Virus record (IMG/VR): IMGVR_UViG_3300020474_000004
Coordinates: 1-64,000 of that record
Direction: 5' to 3' (one strand)
Origin: a virus
Length of the DNA stretch: 64,000 nucleotides
Of the stretch, positions 8,166 through 14,592 are shown in pieces; within the stretch, counting starts at the first letter, position 1; each line of letters opens with the position of its first letter. The notes under the pieces were generated by a model, which had not been told where the DNA came from, made no database searches, and saw nothing but the letters and a program-made list of their open reading frames with translations. A program made the translations under genes and the position numbers.

Positions 8166-8183
8166 GGTCAGATCTGCCATATT
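8125..8183 (+). promoter_or_regulatory. Early promoter repeat element
   Basis: GTGCCAGT-N5-AAGTGTCACA, CCCTTGTAA (-35 at 8155), 17 bp, TGC-CATATT (8178-8183); downstream GAGGG/CCCTC stem. Confidence 0.8.
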
Positions 8184-8246
8184 AGATACATGGGAGGGAA
8201 GGACAGAAACCGACCCTCACTCCAAAATCTTCACTCTACTCTGACA

Positions 8247-8462
8247 ATGGCAACTCCAATCTTCACACTCTCTCCCGAAATGCAAGAATCCTGGGATTAT
8301 GTAATGGGACAAATGTTGTCCTTCGTTAATGACACAAATGCCGATGTAGATATGGCATATGATTTTGTATGTGAGCAACTGGGAATTGATTCCTTTGTTG
8401 ATAATGAAAAAGCATGGGATGATTTCTACATGTATTGGGAAGCAGCAGACAATCGTAACTAA
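8247..8462 (+). CDS. Small acidic hypothetical protein
   Basis: DMAYDFVCEQLGI motif; start 8247 or 8190. Confidence 0.7.
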   Translation: MATPIFTLSPEMQESWDYVMGQMLSFVNDTNADVDMAYDFVCEQLGIDSFVDNEKAWDDFYMYWEAADNRN

Positions 8463-8522
8463 ACCCAATACAACTTTGCTTGATTCTTAACACTTACTCA
8501 TTCACCTTATCTAACAACAATC

Positions 8523-8870
8523 ATGCGTAAAATCGAACGTCAAATGTGTGATGCAGTCCAGGGCAATCGCAACTGGAAAAATGCTAACACTGAAGTCAAA
8601 ATTGATCTGGAAACTAAAGTTTCTTCAGTCTATCTTTACGGTAAGTTGATTGCTACTGTTTCAGATGATGATATGGTTATCTATGATGGTGGTTGGCAAA
8701 CTAACACTACTAAGTCACGATTGAACGCTCTATGTAATGAGTTCTGTATTACTGGTGAGTGTGTATTTCAGAAAGATTTTGCATGGTATGTGAAAAAGTT
8801 TGTTGGATGTATCAATGGAAAAAATATCTTCAAGACTGAAGATTTTGACAACGGTTACATCTTTGCCTAA
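8523..8870 (+). CDS. Conserved phage hypothetical protein
   Basis: MRKIE...VYLYG-x-LIA...GGWQTNTTKSRLNAL family motif (recalled). Confidence 0.8.
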   Translation: MRKIERQMCDAVQGNRNWKNANTEVKIDLETKVSSVYLYGKLIATVSDDDMVIYDGGWQTNTTKSRLNALCNEFCITGECVFQKDFAWYVKKFVGCINGKNIFKTEDFDNGYIFA

Positions 8871-8923
8871 TGCTCAAAGTACTATCTAAACCCAGATCTT
8901 CCAAACAACATCTCATCATTCAC

Positions 8924-9082
8924 ATGAAATTCATTCTTCTTGCTATCATCGGTGTTCTTCTCTGGCAGTCAGATAGTGCTCGTTCTTTCACTGCTGATAC
9001 ACTATACAAAGCAGCAGAGATTGTTGAACCCGATGTGAGTAATCGTACAATCGGTGAAACCATTGATAGTTTTCTGAACTAA
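8924..9082 (+). CDS. Small membrane-anchored or secreted protein
   Basis: MKFILLAIIGVLLWQSDSARS hydrophobic N-terminus; alternative start 8870. Confidence 0.6.
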   Translation: MKFILLAIIGVLLWQSDSARSFTADTLYKAAEIVEPDVSNRTIGETIDSFLN

Positions 9083-9153
9083 TCTATCAGACCTTGGATG
9101 TCTCTAAACTCATCAATTTTCCCTTTCATTGTTGACACTTTCACTTCGTTATT

Positions 9154-9297
9154 ATGACCCGTTCAACTGCACTTGGTATGCTCAAGGTTGGCAACACCGG
9201 AGAAGAGATTCTTCAGATTCTCGATGTTATCGTTGATGAGATTGAGCAAGAAAATATCAATGATGTTGCTGAGTATTATGCTTCTATTAGTGCATGA
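9154..9297 (+). CDS. Small hypothetical protein (47 aa, not in the ORF track)
   Basis: MTRSTALGMLKVGNTGEEILQILDVIVDEIEQENINDVAEYYASISA. Confidence 0.6.
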   Translation: MTRSTALGMLKVGNTGEEILQILDVIVDEIEQENINDVAEYYASISA

Positions 9298-9319
9298 TCT
9301 GTAATCCTCGATAATACTC

Positions 9320-9345
9320 AAAGGGGTGCCAAAAACGCCCCTTTT
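9320..9345. terminator. Intrinsic terminator closing the early region, possibly bidirectional
   Basis: AAAGGGGTG-ccaaaaa-CGCCCCTTTT stem with A and T flanks. Confidence 0.65.
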
Positions 9346-9350
9346 GTGCT

Positions 9351-9484
9351 ATTATACATAAAGATTACCCTTTTTTTATATTAAAAATGGTAATTAAAAT
9401 GTATTTGTGTTTTATATCGTTTTTAACAATGTTGTGGAAAAAGGTATGAAATAGTGTGGATAAAGGTGTTAGTATTGTGGAAAA
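9351..9484. other. Putative replication origin: AT-rich tract plus three DnaA boxes
   Basis: 13 G+C in the 80 nt of 9351-9430; TGTGGAAAA 9433-9441, TGTGGATAA 9455-9463, TGTGGAAAA 9476-9484. Confidence 0.6.
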
Positions 9485-9526
9485 GTGTCTGATTTAATGT
9501 GCTCAGGGGTAGTGATCTAAGCGAGC

Positions 9527-9555
9527 AGTCTATCACACACTCGCAGAAATGTCAA
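9527..9555 (-). promoter_or_regulatory. Leftward sigma70 promoter with no downstream ORF
   Basis: Minus strand TTGACA (9555-9550), 17 bp, TGn-TAGACT (9532-9527). Confidence 0.65.
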
Positions 9556-9610
9556 GACCCTCCGTGAACTTTTTATGGGGACATGGTGATACAAAAATAT
9601 CAGTAGTCCT

Positions 9611-9659
9611 TATAAATATACGGCAGAGGGTTGACAATATCTCTCAGGTATTCTATACT
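9611..9659 (+). promoter_or_regulatory. Late promoter TATAAATA followed by a sigma70 promoter
   Basis: TATAAATA 9611-9618; TTGACA (9631-9636), 17 bp, TATACT (9654-9659). Confidence 0.75.
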
Positions 9660-9688
9660 TACTAAGTCACACCAACGGAGACCGATTC

Positions 9689-9868
9689 ATGTCAGTTGCA
9701 TATCAGCAGGCACAGAAGCAGCGTTATCGAATCACTCTGGAATTAGAGACGCTCGAAGACTTTGACCCACATCAGATTGACTGGGAGCAGTTGTTTGAAC
9801 TTCAAGGATCAGAGCGAGTAATTGACAGTTACGTAGAGGACCTGAGTAAACCTGTCAGTTGGCAATAG
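9689..9868 (+). CDS. Small hypothetical protein (59 aa, not in the ORF track)
   Basis: GGAG ribosome-binding site; MSVAYQQAQKQRYRITLELETLEDFDPHQIDWEQLFELQGSERVIDSYVEDLSKPVSWQ. Confidence 0.75.
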   Translation: MSVAYQQAQKQRYRITLELETLEDFDPHQIDWEQLFELQGSERVIDSYVEDLSKPVSWQ

Positions 9869-9901
9869 CAGTCTTATGTGACACTTAAAGATATGGAGGG
9901 G

Positions 9902-9931
9902 TTGACACCATCAGCACCCCTATGTTATACT
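9902..9931 (+). promoter_or_regulatory. Sigma70-like promoter
   Basis: TTGACA (9902-9907), 18 bp, TGn-TATACT (9926-9931). Confidence 0.7.
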
Positions 9932-9937
9932 GTGAGT

Positions 9938-10075
9938 AACACTCTGAGGACAGTGTTTTGATGCCGTTCGTTTATATCGGGCGGCGGGCGCGATATAAAA
10001 TTAATGGGTCCCTGTAACCTACAGAGGTGACAAACCGCGAGCGATATATAATGCGGATTACAAATCCATTTTCTA
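9938..10075 (+). ncRNA. Candidate structured ncRNA or 5' leader
   Basis: Several adjacent stems directly after a promoter in ORF-free, GC-rich sequence. Confidence 0.4.
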
Positions 10076-10098
10076 CAAAAAAATTCCCGAGGTAAAAA

Positions 10099-10293
10099 AT
10101 GACCCCAAAGGAAAAAACATTTCATATCTATTTGAAAGACGAGTGTATATTTGCGAGTGTGAAAGAAGAAGAATTTAATATTACTTGGAGCACCCTCAAC
10201 GGTATGGTTGGTTTAATGAAAACCGATTATGAGTTGGGGGATTTAACTTATGAGGAGTTAACCGTACATAAATTTGGTGAAGCATCATATTGA
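10099..10293 (+). CDS. Hypothetical protein (64 aa)
   Basis: GAGGT ribosome-binding site, ATG ORF. Confidence 0.7.
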   Translation: MTPKEKTFHIYLKDECIFASVKEEEFNITWSTLNGMVGLMKTDYELGDLTYEELTVHKFGEASY

Positions 10294-10318
10294 CAAGAGA
10301 TACATATTGAGATAGAAT
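10290..10318 (+). promoter_or_regulatory. Sigma70-like promoter
   Basis: TTGACA (10290-10295), 17 bp, TAGAAT (10313-10318). Confidence 0.7.
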
Positions 10319-10341
10319 TGAACTGAAGTAAATTAATCAAC

Positions 10342-11112
10342 ATGGCTAAAGGATTTACTGTAAAAGCAAAACCACCTGCAAAGAAACCAGAAGTAGAGTG
10401 GGACATTGATGATATTAAGCAAAGAATGCGAGGTAAGACAATTGTATTTTGTCTACCAGGTCGAGGATGTTCTTTTGTATTTCTGAAGAACTTTGTACAA
10501 CTGTGCTTTGATATGGTACAGAATGGAATGAGTATTCAGATCAGTCAAGATTATTCTTCCATGGTAAACTTTGCCCGCTGTAAGTGTCTTGGAGCAAATG
10601 TACTTCGAGGACCTAAGCAGATTCCTTGGGATGGTAAATTGAATTATGATTATCAATTATGGATTGATAGTGATATTGTATTCAACACAGAGAAGTTCTG
10701 GCAGTTATGTGACATGGCAATCACCGAAGAAGGTGAAGAGCGTGAGATTGTTGCCGGATGGTATGCCACTGAGGATGGACAAACTACATCTGTAGCACAT
10801 TGGTTAGAGGAAGATGATTTCCGTAAGAATGGTGGAGTGATGAATCACGAAACTGTCGAATCCATTCAGAAACGTCGGAAACCGTTTACTGCTGATTATA
10901 CAGGATTTGGTTGGGTATTAATTAAGAAGGGAGTCTTTGAGAATCTTGAATATCCTTGGTTTGCTCCTAAGATGCAAGTCTTTGAGAGTGGAAATGTACA
11001 GGACATGTGTGGTGAGGATGTCTCATTCTGTCTTGATGCAAAGGAAGAGGGATATGAGATCTGGTGTGACCCTCGTATTCGTGTGGGTCATGAAAAAACT
11101 CGTGTTATTTGA
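10342..11112 (+). CDS. GT-A fold (GT2-like) glycosyltransferase-like protein
   Basis: LWIDSDIVF (DxD motif), TGFGWVLIKKGVF, GEDVSFC, VGHEK. Confidence 0.75.
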   Translation: MAKGFTVKAKPPAKKPEVEWDIDDIKQRMRGKTIVFCLPGRGCSFVFLKNFVQLCFDMVQNGMSIQISQDYSSMVNFARCKCLGANVLRGPKQIPWDGKLNYDYQLWIDSDIVFNTEKFWQLCDMAITEEGEEREIVAGWYATEDGQTTSVAHWLEEDDFRKNGGVMNHETVESIQKRRKPFTADYTGFGWVLIKKGVFENLEYPWFAPKMQVFESGNVQDMCGEDVSFCLDAKEEGYEIWCDPRIRVGHEKTRVI

Positions 11113-11123
11113 GGTAAACTATT

Positions 11124-11258
11124 ATGGCAATTATGAAAGGTGGTGGGTTTGTGGTTGGAAAACCGAAAAAAACTCGTCAAGGAAGCTCGCAACATACACT
11201 CTATGCCGCGACTTCTCGCAATAAAGCAAAAAAAGCATATCGTGGACAAGGTAAATAG
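11124..11258 (+). CDS. Small basic protein (44 aa, not in the ORF track)
   Basis: GAGGT ribosome-binding site; PKKTRQG...SRNKAKKAYRGQGK motif typical of T4-like cyanophages. Confidence 0.7.
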   Translation: MAIMKGGGFVVGKPKKTRQGSSQHTLYAATSRNKAKKAYRGQGK

Positions 11259-11279
11259 GTGAAGTTATATTAATTCATA

Positions 11280-11993
11280 ATGGCAGCACTTATTTGCAAC
11301 CTCCCCTCGGTTGAAGTATGGGTTCGTAAAGAGTATCTAACGGATCATCAATCTGGTCATGGTGAATTTGTTAAAGGCGTCTGGGTATCGGCTAAGTCGA
11401 TTCCTGGGCGCACTTTTTATTTTGAGACATATTTACCTGAATATGCGGCAATGTATGACAAACTACCGATTAGTGCGTTTGTTTCTGATCCGCAAACACC
11501 AAAACCTGATATGGATCTTCCAAATTTACAATTTTGGAACTGTATGGACTATGGTGTTGTTGCAGTTCAGAAGCAATTTATCGGTTCTATGGATTATGAA
11601 CTGTATACAAGAGACTTTGGCATTCAAAAAGGGACCTATATTTGTACTTTAGACAATTATCATCAAGATCCTGATGCGATTGACTATGCAACAAGTGAAA
11701 ATCCAGCAGAACATAAGTCACATAACCTTGTTGAACTTGAAAATGGTCAGTATGCACTGTATCCAAACAACAGAATGCGTATATACGACAATAGTTTAAC
11801 TCCTGTTGACCCCAAAATGCCAGATTTTAAGGTTTCAACGCAATATTATCAAGTTGAAAATGGTTTTGAACGACTTGGAATGGGTCGTGAGGACGAATAT
11901 TTCTGGAAAACGTCTAAAGAACGCGAAAAAGAACAAGAAAATCCGGTTGACATGTATAAATCACAAGAAGATCGACCTTTGGACTCTCAATAA
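11280..11993 (+). CDS. Conserved cyanophage hypothetical protein
   Basis: 237-aa ORF; LQFWNCMDY and GQYALYPNNR motifs. Confidence 0.8.
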   Translation: MAALICNLPSVEVWVRKEYLTDHQSGHGEFVKGVWVSAKSIPGRTFYFETYLPEYAAMYDKLPISAFVSDPQTPKPDMDLPNLQFWNCMDYGVVAVQKQFIGSMDYELYTRDFGIQKGTYICTLDNYHQDPDAIDYATSENPAEHKSHNLVELENGQYALYPNNRMRIYDNSLTPVDPKMPDFKVSTQYYQVENGFERLGMGREDEYFWKTSKEREKEQENPVDMYKSQEDRPLDSQ

Positions 11994-12008
11994 ATCATAA
12001 AAACCTTG

Positions 12009-12015
12009 ATAAATA
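12009..12015 (+). promoter_or_regulatory. T4-type (gp55) late promoter
   Basis: ATAAATA upstream of gp25. Confidence 0.6.
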
Positions 12016-12036
12016 ATACATAACTGCCAATTTGTT

Positions 12037-12438
12037 GTGCCTTTACAGAGGATAAGTCAAGGTTTTAAGGATATTAGTATGACTTTTCAGAGTAATCCTC
12101 TGACAAAGGACTTAATTGTTCTTAAAAATGAAAATGCAATCGCTAGATCCATTAAAAATATCGTTTTTACTACTCCTGGCGAAAAACCATTTCAACCAAA
12201 CTTTGGATCTCGTATTACAGGGTCACTTTTTGAAAATATTGATGATATTACTGCTCTTGAAATTGAATCTGAATTGAGAGAATCAATTTCAAGACAAGAA
12301 CCACGAGTAAAACTAAGAAAATTAAAAGCATCTCCAGATATTGATGGAAATGGATTTGATGTTGTTATAAATTATGATATTATCGGAGCTGATGTTCCAC
12401 CACAACAATTAGAATTCGTATTGCTACCAACAAGGTAA
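12037..12438 (+). CDS. gp25: Baseplate wedge subunit gp25
   Basis: SIKNIVFTTPGEKPFQPNFGS...EPRV signature; synteny. Confidence 0.93.
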   Translation: MPLQRISQGFKDISMTFQSNPLTKDLIVLKNENAIARSIKNIVFTTPGEKPFQPNFGSRITGSLFENIDDITALEIESELRESISRQEPRVKLRKLKASPDIDGNGFDVVINYDIIGADVPPQQLEFVLLPTR

Positions 12439-12439
12439 A

Positions 12440-14569
12440 ATGCCGTTAGTTAATTTTACAAATCTAGACTTTGATCAAGTCAAATCATCATTACGTGCAT
12501 ATTTGGAAGCAAATTCCAACTTCACGGATTATAATTTTGATGGATCAAACTTATCATCAATATTAGATGTACTTGCGTATAACACGTACATCACTTCATA
12601 TAATGCTAACATGGTAGCAAATGAAGTTTTTATTGATAGTGCTACTTTAAGAGAGAATGTCGTAGCATTAGCAAGAAATATTGGATACATCCCTAGATCA
12701 AGAAAAGCATCAACATCTGCAATTACATTCTTTGTAGATACTAGTAATATTCAACCTCATCCTGCCTCTCTAACCCTCCGTAAAGGAACTGTAGCAGCGT
12801 CTAAAGGTTCTTTTGGGGGGTCATCCAGTACATTCTGTATTTTAGATGATATCACAGTTCCGGTTATAAGAGATGTTGCATCTTTTAATAGCATTCCTGT
12901 TTATGAGGGAACGTTTTTAACAAAAAGTTATACATATAATTCTTCAAATGCAAGTCAAAGATTTGTTTTACCAAATGCTGGAGTTGATACTGATCTCATA
13001 AGATTATCTGTAAAGAATAACTCTTCATCCGCAGCATCAATAAAATATTCTATGCATAATAGTTTATTTGATGTTGGACCCGAATCGAAAATATATTATA
13101 TTCAAGAAATAGAAAATGAAAGATATGAAATTATTTTTGGTGATGGTGTTTTTGGTAAAAAGTTAGAAGATCAGAATTTTATAACCACTGAATATGTTGT
13201 AACCAATGGTAGTGAAGGAAATGGAGTGTCTCAATTACGCTTTAATGGTAGATTGACATATATTAAAGATGGTAATGAATTTATCGTCAATGAGGGAATT
13301 TCCTTAGTAACTGCAGAATATAGTTCGAGAGGTGGAGAATCAATAGAGTCGGTTGATTCGGTGAAAAAATATGCTCCTAGGATTTACGCATCTCAAAATA
13401 GAGCTGTAACCGCAGATGATTATGAATCTTTAATACCTTCAAAGATTTATCCTGAAACTGAATCTATATCTGTTTTTGGTGGCGAAGAACTAAACCCACC
13501 ACAATATGGTAAAGTTTTTATCAGTATTAAACCAAGATTTGGAGATTTCTTACCCAATCTCATCAAAGAAAACATCAAATTAAAATTAAAGAAATATGCT
13601 ATATCTGGAATTGTACCAGAAATATTAGATTTAAAATATTTGTTTGTTGAGATTAGTTCTAACATATATTATAATACAAATTTAGCTCCTTCTGCTGCTG
13701 ATGTATCCACAAGAGTTCAAAATAATGCTTTAACTTATTCAAATTCAACAGAATTAAATAAGTATGGTGCTAGATTTAAGTATAGTAAGTTTTTGAAAAT
13801 TATTGATGATAGTCATGAGTCAGTAACATCAAACATTACTCTTGTAAGAATGAGAAGAGACTTGAGAGTTGTTCCAAATGCTTTTGCCGAATATCAGATA
13901 GGATTTGGTAATCGTATGCATATTGCAAGTTTCACTGGATTTAATATAAAGTCAACCGGGTTTAGAGTTTCTTCAGTTCAGGGAGTTGTTTATTTAAGTG
14001 ATATACCTAATGCTGATGGTTTAACAGGATCTTTATTCTTATTTACAGTACCAAACATTGGATCACAAAATCCAACTATTGTAAGAACTGATATTGGTAG
14101 GATAGATTATGTAAACGGAATCATTGTAATTAACGCGATTAATATCATCTCGGGGATTGAAAAAGATGGTCAGCAAGTTATTGAAATACAAGCAACTCCA
14201 ACATCAAATGATATTGTCGGATTACAGGATCTTTATTTGCAACTAGATATTAATAACAGTTCTTTTGAAATGATATCAGACCAAATAGCTTCAGGAATTG
14301 ATCCATCTGCATCTAACTACATTGTTTCTTCTTCTTATAGTGGAGGTAGTTTGGTTAGGTCAGGTGAACCAGTCATAACAACCTCTGACAGTGTGGTTGA
14401 TTCGTTAGGAAATCAACTTACAACATATACTGGTCAAGGTCAGCAATCCACAAATGTGGTTTCAAATACAACTACAACTGGATCTACAACTACAACTGGA
14501 TCTACAGGTTCTACTGGATCATCCACAACACCGTCTTCGGGCGGTGGTGGTTATGGTGGCGGTTACTAA
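12440..14569 (+). CDS. gp6: Baseplate wedge subunit gp6
   Basis: LDFDQVK...DYNFDGSNLSSILDVLAYNT; QNRAVTADDY; S/T/G-rich tail. Confidence 0.93.
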   Translation: MPLVNFTNLDFDQVKSSLRAYLEANSNFTDYNFDGSNLSSILDVLAYNTYITSYNANMVANEVFIDSATLRENVVALARNIGYIPRSRKASTSAITFFVDTSNIQPHPASLTLRKGTVAASKGSFGGSSSTFCILDDITVPVIRDVASFNSIPVYEGTFLTKSYTYNSSNASQRFVLPNAGVDTDLIRLSVKNNSSSAASIKYSMHNSLFDVGPESKIYYIQEIENERYEIIFGDGVFGKKLEDQNFITTEYVVTNGSEGNGVSQLRFNGRLTYIKDGNEFIVNEGISLVTAEYSSRGGESIESVDSVKKYAPRIYASQNRAVTADDYESLIPSKIYPETESISVFGGEELNPPQYGKVFISIKPRFGDFLPNLIKENIKLKLKKYAISGIVPEILDLKYLFVEISSNIYYNTNLAPSAADVSTRVQNNALTYSNSTELNKYGARFKYSKFLKIIDDSHESVTSNITLVRMRRDLRVVPNAFAEYQIGFGNRMHIASFTGFNIKSTGFRVSSVQGVVYLSDIPNADGLTGSLFLFTVPNIGSQNPTIVRTDIGRIDYVNGIIVINAINIISGIEKDGQQVIEIQATPTSNDIVGLQDLYLQLDINNSSFEMISDQIASGIDPSASNYIVSSSYSGGSLVRSGEPVITTSDSVVDSLGNQLTTYTGQGQQSTNVVSNTTTTGSTTTTGSTGSTGSSTTPSSGGGGYGGGY

Positions 14570-14592
14570 TTCAAAGGATTAAGATATAAAAA

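Noticed and set aside
285-8183. Early repeats as CRISPR repeats or true integron attC sites
   Set aside because: Spacing is gene-sized and irregular, the repeats carry -35/-10 boxes, they lack attC RYYYAAC/GTTRRRY ends, and no integrase is seen.
9433-9484. Mini CRISPR array
   Set aside because: Repeats are only 9-13 bp with about 10-bp spacers; no cas genes; a DnaA-box interpretation fits better.
9925-10125. Minus-strand 66-aa ORF over the structured region
   Set aside because: Non-ATG start, no supporting promoter, and it overlaps the start of a plus-strand gene.
14469-14569. Tandem ACTACAACTGGATCT repeats and Gly/Tyr tail of gp6 as a contingency locus
   Set aside because: In-frame low-complexity linker; no frameshifting repeat unit.
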